Below the pieces are notes generated by a model. That model had not been told where the DNA came from. It saw only the letters and a program-made list of their open reading frames with translations, and ran no database searches. From assembly GCF_963921235.1 (NCBI RefSeq), contig NC_086108.1, forward strand, positions 29,204,001 to 29,268,000: a stretch of DNA of 64,000 bases, given 5' to 3'. Position 1 is the first letter of the stretch; each line of letters opens with the position of its first letter. The translations under genes and the position numbers were made by a program. This document shows, piece by piece, positions 47,041-60,517 of this stretch. This DNA is from Mobula hypostoma. Its lineage: Eukaryota.

Positions 47041-50000
47041 TTAGGAATTTTTTCTTAATCAGTACATAGAAGTCTCAACTAGAGAGAGTGCAATACTAGA
47101 TCTCCTATTAGGGAATGAGACAGAGCAAGTGTCAGAAGTTTGTGTAGGGGAACACTTTGCATTTAATGATCATAATGCTATTAGTTTTGAGGTAATTATG
47201 GAAATGATAGGTCTGTCCTAGGGCTGAGATTCTAGATTGGAGTAAGGACAATTTTGATGCCATCAGGAAGGATCTGGCAATCTGGATTAGGACATTTTTT
47301 TTCTGTAAAGGTGTACTTGGTAAGTGGGAGGCCTTCAAATGTGAATTTTTGAGTGTGCAAAATGTGTACATTCCTGTCAGAATGTCAGACAAGGATAATA
47401 GGTTTTATGAAACCTTGGTTTTCAAGAGATATTGAGGCCTTGATTAAGAAAAAGAAAGAGGTACATTGCATGTGTGGCAGTAGGAACAAAGGAGTTACTT
47501 GTGGAGTATAAGAAATGCAAGAGGACTCTTAAGAAGAAAATCAGGAGGGCCAGAAGAAGGTATGATGTTCCTCTAGGGCTTCTACAGGTACAGTATATTA
47601 TAAGCAATAATGTAGCAAAGAACAAAATTGGTCCTCTGGAAGATCAGAGTGACAATCTATGTGTAGAGTCAGAAGAGATGGGAAGATCTTAAATTGATTT
47701 TTTTTTTGCAATTATATTTACTCGGGAGATGGACTCAGAGGCTATAGAAGTGAGGCAAAGCAGCAGCGAGGTCATAGACCCTATGCAGATTGCAGAGGAG
47801 GAAGTGTTTGGTGTCTTGAGGTAAATTAGGGTGGATAAGTCCCAGGGGCCTGACAAAGTGTTCCCTTGGACCCTATGGGAGGATAGTGCAGAAACTGCAG
47901 GGGATGTAAAACATCTTTGGCTATGAGTGAGGTGCTGGAGGATTGGAGGGTAGCTAATGTTGTTCTGTGTTTAAGAAAGCTTCTAAGAATAAGCTAGGAA
48001 ATTATGCCGATGAGCCTAACAGCAGTGGTGGAAAGTTACTGGAAGGTATTCTAAGGGACTGGAAATGTAAGTATTTGGATAGACAGGGTCTGATTAGGGA
48101 TAGTTAATGGATTTTTGTGTGGTAAGTCATGTCTAGCCAATCATATAGATTTTTTGAGGAAGTTACCAGGAAAGTTAATGAAAGCAAGGCAGTAGACATT
48201 GTCTACATGGACCTCATCAAGGCCTCTGACAAGGTTCTGCATGGGAGATTGGTCAAGGAGGTTCAGTCGCTTGGCATTCAAGATGAGGTAGTAAATTAGA
48301 TTAGACATAAGCTTTGCAGGAAAAGCCAGAAAGTGGTAGTAGATGGTTGCTTTTCTAACTGGAGGCTTGTGACTAGTGGTGTGCCACAGGGATCGGTGCT
48401 GTTGTTTGTCAGCTATATCCAGTATCTAGGTGATAATGTGGGATCAGTAAATTTGTGATGACACCAAGAATGGGGATGTAGTGGACAGCAAACAAGATTA
48501 TCAAAGCTTGCAGAGGGATATGGACTAGTTGGAAAATGGCCAATGGAATTTAATGCAGATAAGTGTGAGGTGTTGCTCCTTGGGAGGACCAACCAGTGAG
48601 CAGTAGGACACTAAGAAGTGTGATAGAAAAGAGCGATCTGGAAATACAGATGTATAACTTCTTGAAATGGTGTCAAAGTTAGATGGGGTCATAAAGAAAA
48701 AGCTTTTGTCATATTCATCTTCATAAATTATTGTATTGAGTACAGGAGATGGGATGTTATGTTGAGATTGTATAAGATGTTGTTAAGGCCTAATTTGGAG
48801 TGTTGTGTGCAGTTTTGGTCACCCACCTACAGGAAAGTTGCAAATAAGATTGAAAGAGTGCAGAGAAAAAAACTACAAGGATATTGCTGGGAGTAGAGGA
48901 TCTGAGTTATAGGGAAAGATTGAATAAGTTAAGATGTTATTCCTTAGAACGTAGAAGATTGAGGAGAGATTTGATAGAGGTATACAAAATTATGATGGGT
49001 ATATATAGGCTGAATGCAAGTAGGCATTTTCCACCGATGCAATTTTTTTATTTCAACATTTAAGAGAAATTTGGATAGGTACGTGGATGGGAGTGGTATG
49101 AAGGGCTATGGGCCGGGTGCTGGTTGATGAGACGAAGCAGGATTAGTGGTTTGGCATGGATTAGATGGGCCAAAGGGCCTGTTTCTGTGCTGTAGTGTTC
49201 TATGACTCTGTAACTTGACATCCCGACTCTCATATTTTGTGCCTTGCCCATGATGGCAAGCATACCAAGTGCTTTTTGCACTACCCTATCGACATGTCAC
49301 CACATCAATACTCCTAAAGTACCTGCCATTTATTCCATATATTTAACTAGAATTTGGCCTCCCTCTGCATTACCTCACTTGGCTAGATGAAATTCTATCT
49401 ACCATCGAGCCACACAACTTTTTAACAGATCTGTGCCTGGCAGTATGCTTGGGATACACACATGCTCTTGTATTCTAGGATAATTTATTGGCTGTAAAAA
49501 CCTAAGTCTGTGAAAACATGATGTGGGTTCTCCCTCGGTTTCGACATGGCCTCATTCCTGTGAACTGTTCATAACCTAAACAATTCACTAGTCAGAAATG
49601 CAGCCACAAAACAAGTTGCCACATAGCAGAAGATGCCTGAAGCCATGTAGCAATCAGCAAATCCATCCCACTGATCTCCTCATTCATATGCATAGGCTGA
49701 TACCTAAGTCACCTGAGGAGGACCTGCATTTTGCTAAAACTCTGGTAATTTATATTTATTGAGGGGTTTTATTATTATTGTGTTTGTTACCTTATTGTGT
49801 TTTTTTTTGTGCTGCATTGGAGACGGAGTAACCACTATTTCATTTTCCTTTACAATAGTGTACTGGAAATGACATTAAGCAATCTTGAATCTTCACTATC
49901 AACAACACCTACTAATTGTGTGTTATTTGTAGACTTGTGCATTGGCATCCAAATAATTGATATAAATATAGTCATGTCTAAGAAAATTCCTGACAATGAC

Positions 50001-50899
50001 ACCAGCTGCAAAACAACCTCCATTCTGAGACATGGCCTTCAACCACCACCCTGTGCTTTCTACCTTCAAGTCAATTTTGAATTTATCTAACTAGCTCTTC
50101 CTGATTGCATGGAACCAAACCTTTCAGACTAGCATACCCTATGGGACCTTGTTGAATATCTTGTTAAAGTCCAGATAGAGAACATAAACTGCCCTAAACT
50201 CATCTACCTTTTTCCTTTTTTGGGTCACTTCAAAAAAATCTGAAAGGTTCGTCAAGTATGACCACCCACACACAAAGCCACGCTGACTCTTCCTAATTAT
50301 TCGTCTATACAAATGCTGGTTTATCCTGTCCCTCAGAGTTCCCTCCAGTAACTTCCCTACTATGGGCTGTCTGACATGTAGTTTCCTGATTTGTCCTAGC
50401 TACCCTTTTTAAACAATGGAACAATATTACCCACCTTCCAGTCTTTGGGTATTGCACGAGTGGCTAATGACAAAGCAAATGGCTTCACATGGACGTCTGC
50501 AATTTCCTCTCAAACTTCCCACGAAGTTCATAAGCACACTTGGTCAGTTCTTGGGGATTTATGCACTGTTAGGCAGTAAGTATCTCCTCCCTGATAATAT
50601 GATGTTGTAGCGGTGTGCTACACACAGTGCTAGAATAACGACACATAGTCGGTGAGTTGGAGTTGCTATAAAAGAGATTTATTCAAACTTCGTGGCCTCA
50701 TTTTAAGCCTTCCTGTTCCCGCGCGCGGGATCTTCCCCCACTGGTGAAGATTGCCTGGCGCCCTTTTTGGGGACAGCCTCTCTGTCGATGCGCGCCGGTT
50801 CGTGTGTGCTAGAAAGTGGGTCGCCACATAATGCCCCCCCCCCAGAACCGGCGATACATCCCCCAATGTCCACAGTCTGGATCGGCCTCTGTTTGGGAG

Positions 50900-53800
50900 G
50901 ACTGCCCCTGCGCTGCGGTGCCTGAGCCTGGACCGGCTGCGCCAAGTCCACATGGGCCGGTTTGAGTCAGTCCACCGTGAAAACCTTCTCTCTCCCCCCA
51001 ATGTCCAGCACAAGCATGGACCCATTGTTCCTGATCACCTTAAACGGCCCCTCGTAGGGCCGCTGTAGCGGTGCCCGGTGTCCGCCCCGGCGTACAAAAA
51101 GAAACTTACAGTTCTGCAGGTCTTTGGGTATGCAGGTCGGGCTCTGTCCGTGCTATGAAGTGGGTATGGGGGCCAGGTTACCGAGCCTCTCCCGTAGTCT
51201 GTCCAGGACTGCTGCGGGTTCTTCTTCTTGCCCCCTTGGGGCTGGTATGAACTCTCCTGGGACGACCAGGGGCGCGCCGTACACCAACTCGGCCGACGAG
51301 GTGTGCAGATCCTCTTTGGGCGCCGTGCGGATTCAGAGCAGGACCCAGGGAAGTTCGTCCACCCAGTTAGGCCCTTCCAGGAGGGCCATGAGAGCCGACT
51401 TCAGGTGACGGTGGAAACGCTCCACTAGTCCGTTCGACTGTGGGTGGAAGGCAGTTGTGTGGTGTAGCTGTGTTCCTAAAAGGTTGGCCATAGCCGACCA
51501 CAGGCTGGAGGTGAACTGGGCTCCCCTGTCGGAGGTAATGTGGGCTGGTACTCCAAAGCGGGCTACCCAGGTTGCGATCAGTGCTTGGGCGCAGGATTCG
51601 GAGGTGATGTCGGTGAGCGGGGCCACCTCTGGCCATCTGGTGAACTGGTCTACGATAGTTGTTAGCACTCCTTGTGACACTGGCAGGGGCCCCACGATAT
51701 CCACATGAATGTGGTCGAACCTCCGGCGGGTGGGTTCGAACTGCTGTGGCGGAGCCTTGGTGTGCCGCTGCACCTTGGCCGTTTGGCACTGCATACACGT
51801 TTTGGCCCATCACTGACCTGTTTATGAAGTCCATGCCACACGAACCTGTTGGAGACCAGCCGGACGGTTGTCCTGATGGAGGGGTGCGCTAAGTTGTGAA
51901 TGGATTCGAACACCCGCCGGCGCCAGGCTGCTGGGACGATGGGGCGGGGTTGGCCAGTAGCTAGTCACATGGTAGGGTCCTCTCACCTGGGCCTACGGGG
52001 AGGTCTTGGAGCTGCAAACCGTAGACTGCAGTTCTGTAACTAGGGATCTTATCGTCTGCCTGCTGTGCCTCTGCCAGCGCTGCATAGTCCACCCCCTGGG
52101 ACAGGGCCTGTATGGTAGGTCTGGAAAGTGCGTCTGCCACGACATTGTTCTTTCCAGAGACATGCTGGATGTCCGTCGTGTACTTGGAGATGTAGGACAG
52201 ATGTCGCTGCTGGCGGGACGACCAGGGGTCGGACACCTTAGTGAACACAAAGGGAAGTGGTTTGTGGTCTGTGAACGCGGTGAAGGGCCTACCTTCTAAG
52301 AAGTACCTGAAATGCCGGATTGCCAGGTATAGTGCCAATAGCTCCCGGTCGAAAGCACTGTATTTGAGTTCGGGTGGTTGTAGGTGTTTGCTGAAGAACG
52401 CCAGGGGTTGCCAGCGACCCTCGATGAGTTGTTCCAGCACTCCACCAACTGCTGTGTTGGATGCGTCCACCGTGAGGGCAGTAGGAATGTCCGTTCTGGG
52501 GTGCACTAGCACCGCGGCGTTTGCCAAGGCTTCTTTGGTTTTTATGAAAGCGGCTGTGGCCTCTTCGTCCCAGGTAATATCCTTGCCCTTACCTGACATC
52601 AGGGTGAACGGGGGTGCATGATTCGGGCTGCTGAGGGGAGGAAACGGTGGTAGAAATTCACCATACCCACGAATTCCTGCAGGCCTTTGATTGTGTTGGG
52701 TTGGGGGAAGTGGCGGACTGCGTCTACCTTGGCAGGCAGCGGGGTTGCCCCACCTTTAGTAATCTTGTGGCCCAGGAAGTCGATGGTGTCGAGTCCGAAC
52801 TGGCATTTGGCTGGGTTGATTGTAAGGCCGAATTCGCTCAGTCGGGAGTAGAGCTGGCGGAGGTGGGACAGATGTTTCTGACGACTACTGCTGGCTATGA
52901 GGATGTTGTCCAAATAGATGAATGCAAAGTCCAGGTCGCGTCCCACCGCGTCCATTAGCCGCTGGAACATCTGTGCGGCATTCTTTAGGCCAAACGGCAT
53001 TCGGAGGAATTCAAAAAGGCCGAACGGGGTGATGTGTGCTCTTTTGGGGATGTCATCTGGATGTACCGGGATTTGATGGTATCCCTGGATGAGGTCTACC
53101 TTGGAAAAGATCCTTGCGCCATGTAGGTTTGCTGCAAAGTCTTGATTGTGCGGCACAGGATAGCGGTCTGGTGTTGTAGCCTCGTTCAGTCTGCGGTAGT
53201 TGCCGCATGGTCTCTAGCCCCCCAGGTTGCCTTGGGCACCATGTGCAGGGGGGAGGCCCATGGGCTGTCGGACCGTTGTATGATCCCCAATTCCTCCATC
53301 TTCTTGAACTCCTCCTTCGCCAATCGGAGCTTGTCTGGGGGGGAGCCTTCGAGCACAGGCGTGGAGAGGTGATCCCTGGGTCGGGATGTGGTGCTGTACT
53401 CCGTGTCTGGGCATGGCTGCGGTGTCAGAACTGATGGGAAATCCACCAGGACCCTGGTGATTTCGTCGTTGGACAGCATGATGGAGTCCAGGTGTGGGGC
53501 TGGCAACTTGGCTTCACCCAGGGAGAACGTTTGAAAAGTCTTGGCGTGGCCTAGTCGCTTCCCTTGCAGGTCGACCAGCAGGCTGTGGGTTCGTAGAAAA
53601 TCCGCACCCAGGAGTGGTTGGGCCATGGTGGCCAGTGTGAAGTCCCACGTGAACTGGCTGGAGCTGAACTGTAGCCGCACCGTGCGGGTGCCATAGGTCC
53701 GTATTGTGCTGCCATTTGCGGCCCTCAGGGTGGGTCTCGGTTCTCTGTTGCGGGTGTCGTAACTCGTTGGAGGTAAGACGCTGATCTCCGCTCCGGTGTC

Positions 53801-54580
53801 GACCAAAAAGCGGCGTCCCGACTGCTTGTCCCAGACGTACAGGAGGCTGTCCTGATGGCCAGCCGCTGTAGCCATCAGCGGCGGCTGGATCTTGGCATTT
53901 CTTGGGAATTTGCAGGGCGGTCTGCAGCGGCGGGCCTCTGTGCCCCACTGCTGGTGGTAGAAGCACCATTGTTCGTTGGGCTCCTCACTCCCGTCGCCGG
54001 GTTTTGTAGGCTGTGCTGCCGGACCTGGTCTGGTCTGCCATTGGGCACGCGGCTTGGTGATCTGTGCGACGGATGCCCCTCTCTCTTTCCTGGCATTCCA
54101 CAGCACATCTGCCCGGGCTGGCACCTTCCGGGGGTTGCTGAAATCTGCGTCGGACAGCAGCAGGCATATGTGCTCGGGCAGTTGCTCTAGGAACGCCTGC
54201 TCAAACATGAGGCAGGGTTTGTGTCCTTCAGCCAGGGCCAGCAGTTCGTTCATTAATGCTGACGGCGGCCTGTCTCCCAAACCATCCAGGTGCGGTAAGC
54301 GGGCAGCTCGTTCACGCCGTGAGAGTCCAAAAGTCCTTATGAGCAGGGTTTTGAATGCTGTGTATTTGCCGTCCTCCGGGGGCGACTGTATAAACTCCTC
54401 AACTTGTGCAGCTGTCTCCTGGTCGAGGGAACTCAGCACGTAGTAGTAGCGAGTGGAATCCGAGGTTATCTGCTGAATGTGGAATTGTGCTTCTGCTTGT
54501 TCAAACCACAGACGAGGTTGCAGCGCCCAAAAGCTTGGCAGTTTTAATGAAACTGCGTGAACAGATGCAGCGTCGGTCAT
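50900..54580 (-). pseudogene. Gypsy gag-pol polyprotein (frameshifted)
   Basis: Gag KLPSFW...WFEQAEAQF and CFYH-x9-C-x3-C; protease LVDTGA; RT DLIQGYHQ, MPFGLKNA, YLDN; RNase H VDAS, DRELLA, TDHKPL; integrase HIHVDIVGP, TSDRG, NGLVERFHR. The 3' end coordinate is approximate. Confidence 0.9.
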
Positions 54581-54605
54581 CTCTGGTCCAAATATCGTTT
54601 GGGCT

Positions 54606-54618
54606 GTCGGGGTCACCA
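54606..54618 (-). promoter_or_regulatory. Primer-binding site complementary to tRNA-Trp 3' end
   Basis: TGGTGACCCCGAC 2 nt inside the 5' LTR; eukaryotic tRNA-Trp ends ...GTCGGGGTCACCA. Confidence 0.85.
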
Positions 54619-55564
54619 ATTGTAGCGGTGTACTACACACAGCACTAGAATAATGACATGTAATCGGTGAGTTGGAGTTGCGATAAAAGAGATTTATTCA
54701 AACTTCGCGGCCTCCTTTTAAGCCTTCCCGTTCCCTCACGCGGGATCTTCCCCCTGCTGGTGAAGATGGCTTGGTGCCCTTTTTGGGGCCGGCCTCTCTG
54801 TTGGCGCGTGCCGGTTCGTGTGTGCTAGAAAGTGGGTCGCCACAATGTCATCCGAGACATTTCCACGTTTCCCTTATCTTTTAAGCAACCATGCTTTTCT
54901 CCTCAGTTAATAACTAAGGAGAAATATTTGTCAAAAAACCTACTCACCTCTAATAGCTCAAGACACAGACAACATGGCTGATCTCTGAAGAGACTCACTC
55001 TCCCTAGCCTCCCTTTTATTCTTGATATATCTTGAAACCGCTTAGGATTTTCCTTAACCTTACCTGGCAGATTATCTCCTACCCTCTATTTGCTCTCCTG
55101 ATTTCCCTCTTAAGAATATTCCTGATCTTTTTATAGTCATCAAGATAGTCACTTGATGCCAACATCCTAAACCCAATGTATGCTCCCTTCTTTACTTGAC
55201 CAGACCCTTAAAATCTCTCCTCAGCCAAAGTTCCCCAAAATTGCTAGATTTACCCTTTACCCTAACAGGTACATGATGCTTGTGGACACTTGCTAACACA
55301 CTTTTAAAAGTCACATACATGCTATTATTACTTATCCTTCAAACAGTCTCACCAAATCAACCTCCACTAGATCTTGTTAAATTGCCCCAAAACTAGCCCT
55401 GCTCTGTTCGGACTCCAACCTGTGGACCTGTTTTATCCTTTTCCATCACTGTTGTAAAACAAATAAAATTAAGATCACTAGAGCCAAACTGGCCCCTGGC
55501 TGTCACTCCAGTTACTTGCCCTGCCTCTTTCCATAGGAGGCGGTTCAGTACTGCATGCTCCCAA

Positions 55565-56337
55565 GGCACCTGGCGGAGAATCTCACCTGGTCCCTCAACA
55601 CCAGCTCCATTGCCAAGAAAGCACATTAGCGTCTCTACTTTCTGCGAAGGCTGAGAAAAGCCTATCTCCCACCACCCATCCTCACCACATTCTACAGAAG
55701 ATATACCAAGAGCATCCTGAGCAGCTGCATCACTGCCTGGTTCGGGAATTGCATCGTCTCAGATCGCAAGACCCTGCAGCAAATAGTGAGGTCAACTAGG
55801 AAGAACAATGGGGTCTCTCTTCCCGCCATTACAGACATTTACACTACATGCTGCACCTGTAAAGCCGGCAGCATTGTGAAGGACCCCACACACCCCTCAT
55901 ACAAACTCTTCTCCCTCCTGCCATCTGGCAAAAGGTATCGAAGCATTCGGGCTCTCACGACCAGACTGTGCAACAATTTCTTCCCCCAAGCCATCAGACT
56001 CCTTAATACCCAGAGTCTAGACTGATATCTGTATCATTTATTATTATATTGTAAATTGTCCTCTACTGTGCCTATAGTCTTGTTTATTATTTACTGTACT
56101 GCTCTGCACTGTTTTGTGCACTTTATGTAGTCCTGTGTAGGTCTGTAGTCTAGGGCATTTTTTGTGTTGTCTTACGTAGTCTAGTGTCGCCTTGTGTTGT
56201 CTCAGTTAGTCTAGTGTAGTTTTGTGTTGTTTCATGTAGCACCATGGTCCTGGAGGAACGTTGTTTCATTTTTACTGTGTACAGTACCAGCAGTTTATGG
56301 TCAAAATGACAATAAAAAGTGACTTGACTTGACTTGA
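55565..56337 (+). mobile_element. Rex/Babar-like LINE 3' fragment with (GACTT)n tail
   Basis: IVKDPTHPSYKLFSLLPSGKRYRSIRALTTRLCNNFFPQAIRLLN; aaatgacaataaa followed by gacttgacttgacttga. Confidence 0.85.
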
Positions 56338-59300
56338 GGACCCTCTATATATTAACTCAGGAAACTTTCCTGGACACATTTCATAAATTCCACCCCTCCA
56401 AGCCCTTAACACTATGGGTGGCCCAGTCAATAATGGAGATTTTAAAATCTCCCGCTAATACAACCCTAATTTTCTTTCCAGCAGAGAGCAATTCCTCCAC
56501 ACATCTCCTCAAGTTCGCGCTGATTATTGAGGAGTCTATAACCCAGATCCAAAGTTCTACCCATATGGCCTCACTGAATGATTCCCCCAATAACATTATC
56601 TTGAAGCAGCGCAGTTGCATCCTCTCTTATCACCTGTACTCCCTCCTTGCTTACCTGTATCTCTATCATCCCTCTAATATTTGTATCTTGGAATATTAAA
56701 ATGCCATTCCTGCACTTCTCTCAGCCACTTTTCTGTCATGGCTACAATATCCCAGTCCTCAGAGCCAATCCACACTATTTATTCATCTGCCTTACCTGTT
56801 AAGCCTCAGGCACTGATATGAATGCAGATTAAATGAATATTCCTTTCCTTGTCTTTGCTGGGCCCCTAGTGTTCCTAATTTGTCAGGGCCTCAAAGGATA
56901 CGACTTGCTCTCCATAAGACCATAAGATCATAAGGCATAGGAGTAGAATTAGGCCATTTATCTCATCAAGTCTGCTCCGCCATTCCATCATGGCTAATCC
57001 TAGATCCCACTCAACACCATACACCAGCCTTCTTGCTATATCCTTTGAGGCCCTGACCAAATATATGCATGGACTTGGCCTCCACCGCAGTCTGTGGCAG
57101 AACATTTCCCATATTTACTACACACTGGCTAAAAAAATTCCTCCTTACCTCAGTTCTAAAGGGTTACCCTCAATTTTGAGGTTGTGCCCTCTAGTTCTGG
57201 ATACCCCCACCATAGGAAACATCCTCTCCGCATCCACCCTATTTAGTCCTTTCAACATTTGGTAGGTTTCAATGAGATCGCCACATTCTTCTAAATTCCA
57301 GTAAGTATAGGCCCAAAGCTGCCAAATGCTCGCTCGCTGGCTACTGCTTTATCCCATGACTTGCCCCTGCCAATATAGTTTAAACTCTTCCGTGTAGCAT
57401 TAGCAAATGTCCATGCAAGGATATCAGTTTCCTTTAGGCTCAGAATACAACCTGTCCCTTTTGTGCAGGTTCTCCTCTACCCCAGAGGAGAGCCAAGTCG
57501 TCCAAGGATCTGAATTCCTGCCCCCTTCACCAGCTCCTCAGGCACAAATTCACCTGACTTATCCTCCTATTTCTGACTTCACCAGCATATGGCATTAGGA
57601 ATGATCTGGAGATAACCACCTTCAAAGTCTTGTTTCTCAACTTTGCATCTAACTCATTCTGTAGGATCTCATCCCTTGTTCTACCTATCTCATTTATACC
57701 ATCATGTACAATGACCTCTGGCTGTTGACCCTCTCCCACGAGAATTTTCTGCAGCTACTCAGAAACATTCTAGATCCAGGCACCTAAAAGGCAACAGACT
57801 ACCTTGAAATCTCTCCTGCAGTCACAGAATCTGCTGTCTGTCCCTATCACTATTGAGTCTTCCATCACTAACACCCTGTCTGACTCCAGCCTCCCCCTAT
57901 GAGCTTCAGACCTAATCACAGTACCAGCCCCTGAAAGAAAAGCCCCCTCAACAGTATCCAAGGGGGTATACCCATTAGTGAGGGGAACGGCCACATGATT
58001 AGAATTTTACTGTAAATGCAAGGCCCTAAGAATACAATACAGCATAAAGCCATCTTCCATAGTGCTTTGGTTGAATGCCTATATACATTTACATATATTT
58101 CACTTCTGAACCAAGGTATTAGTTTTAAATAGAGGCTCCACCTCCTTGTGATTCTAATCCCAGCTTCTCTTCCTTCTAAGGCAATGTAAAGATGGTGAAT
58201 ACCACTGTGACCGATTCTTAGCAGTTGATGCTGTTGGCTCCCACTCTTGACTCTGGTTCAAACTCACTCTTCAAAGTTAAAAGCAGACAGAGAAAATGCA
58301 GGGAGACAAGAATTAAAGTCAATAGTGGGAGCCAGACAGAAGTTGTGGAGGCAGAGATGACATTTAAAATTCATCGGATTGTATTGGATTGGGTTTTGTG
58401 TATTTGAACAAGAGCAAGTTCCACAATTTATATAGTATCTTTCACAATCAAACCACATCGCAGAGGTGTTGGAAAATATCTGAAGTAGACTCCCTCTGGT
58501 AGTGGAGGAAGCAAGGCTTTCAAATTAGGCACAGCAAGATGCTCCTGTTTGGTGGTTTTCCCCCAAGGAAAAAATACTGGGCAGGAGAGGAGATGAATGA
58601 GGAAAATGAATTTGTACACATCAGTTGATGCAGAGGAGAGAATTAATGTATACAGATGTCGAAGTTAAGTCAAAAGATGCCAGAAATTTGCAACGAAAAA
58701 CAAAAACAAATCCGTAAATATTCAATGTTCAAAATAAATTTAACATCAAAGTACATATACGTCACTATATTCGTCCCTGAGATTTGTTTTCTTGAGGGCA
58801 TACTTAATAAATTCTCAAAATTTTGATAGAATATTCTTGATCCAATATAGAGCCAGCAAGCAACGGTGTCAAGACAGCTCATGAAACAACTCTTTCCACG
58901 TCCTTTACTTCTTTTTATTTCAGATGTCATCTGCGTTCTGGCAGTGTTTTTGTGTCGATCAGGCGATCTGGCACTTTGCTGTCTCCGAGAGGGTTCTGTG
59001 AGGCTGCAAGGAACACATATAGCCAGGAAGCCAGGAGATGGAGCACAAGCCCATGAACAACTCCACTTCTCATCAATTAAAGTTCCGAGGAAGATTGAAA
59101 ACCTCAAGCTGGGTGCAGAGAGCAAATGAGTGTTCAGTGCCATCTACCAACCTCTCGCTCATTACTGCGGGAGGGGGTTTAATAGTTTTCTTTGAATGGG
59201 TTGGTTCCATAGTTCTTTGTTTCGTGGCTGTCTGTATGAATTTCAGGGTGTATACTTTGATAATGAATGTACTTTGATAAATGTACTTTAAAATCAATGA

Positions 59301-59489
59301 AAGACCACACCCAACAGGGCAAACAAACAACCAATATGCAAAAGACAAAAGACTGCACAAATACAAAAGAGAAAAAAAAGCAATAAATATCAAGAACATA
59401 AGATGAAGAGTTCTTAAAAGTAAGTTCATAGGTTGTGGAAACAGTTCAGTTATGGGGCAAGTAAAGCTGAATGAAGTTACCCCCATTGG

Positions 59490-60262
59490 TTTGAAAGGAG
59501 GAAACGTGGTCAAGGTGCCAGTACTCATTGAAGGATCAGAGGTGGAGAGGGCCTTGATGTTATTATTTCAGAGGCCCTATTCTGGACCCAACACCCAAGG
59601 GCAATTACGAAGAAAGCACACCAGTGCCTCTGCTTCCTTAGGCATTTGCGAAGATTCAGCATGATATCTAAAACTCTGAAAAACGTCTATAGATGTGTAG
59701 TGGAGAGTATATTGACAGGCTGCATCATAGCCTGGTTTGGAAACACCAATGCCGTTTCATGGAAAATGATTGGATATGGCCCAGTCCATCACGGGTAAAG
59801 CCCTCCCCAACAATGCGCACATCTACACGAAGCATTGTCTTCAGAAAGCAGCATCCATCATAGGGGCCCCCACCATCCAGGAAGAAAGTACAGGAGCCTC
59901 AGAGCTCACACCACCAGGTTCAGGAACAGATATTACCCCTCAGCCAGAAGGCTCTTGAACCAAAGGGGATAACTTCTCTCAACTTCACTTGTCCCATTAT
60001 TGAAATGTTCCCACAACCTATGGACTCACTTTCAAGGATTCTTCATTTCATGTGCTCGATATTTATTGCTAATTTATTTATTTATCATTATTATTTCTTT
60101 CCTTTTGTATTTGCACAGTTTGCTGTCTTTTGCACACTGGTTGAATGCCCAGTCTAGTGCAGCCTTATATTGATATGGCTATTATTCTACTGTGGAGTTA
60201 TTGAGTATGCCCACAAGAAAATTAATCTCAGTGTTGTATTTGGTGACATATATGTACTTTGA
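59490..60262 (+). mobile_element. Rex/Babar-like 3' fragment
   Basis: Homologous to 26850-27700; an inverted tail fragment lies at ~59283-59490. Confidence 0.75.
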
Positions 60263-60517
60263 TGGTTGAGGGATAATAACTGTTCCTGAAACCAGTAGAG
60301 TGGGTCCTGAGGCTCCTGAACCTTCGTCTTGATGGTCAGGTACGTATGCGCTTGCTTGCATAAGAAATGATCTGTCTAGATCGATGCACACATAAGTTTT
60401 TCACCGTATCTCAGTGTACACGAAAATAATGTCAAACAAATAAACCACATTAAACAGAATTAGTGGAAAGAGAAATAAGCTTAACATTTCAGGTTGTAGA
60501 TAAGTGCTTTTTCAAAA

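Larger units (their letters stand above)
42710..49210 (+). mobile_element. Old near full-length CR1 interrupted by two Penelope elements and a solo LTR
   Basis: ORF1 end, EN (YFNARSI, DIVAISETW), RT remnants (GVPQGSV) and a gtgttctatgactct tail; the sequence rejoins across each insertion. Confidence 0.85.
50606..54844 (-). mobile_element. Full-length Ty3/Gypsy LTR retrotransposon, CsRN1/Kabuki-like
   Basis: LTRs 50606-50828 and 54621-54844 (TG...CA), 4-bp TSD atgt, PBS, PPT (G10 on minus, 50834-50843), gag-PR-RT-RH-IN order. Confidence 0.95.
49215..57995 (-). mobile_element. Old fragmented CR1 hosting the Gypsy, a Rex fragment and a CR1 tail (56915-57330)
   Basis: Minus-strand RT remnants at 49.2-50.6 kb, EN (VLAGDFKISIIDW), ORF1 esterase (QPEVIVHDGINEIGR, VPLTNGYTPLDTV). 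Confidence 0.75.
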
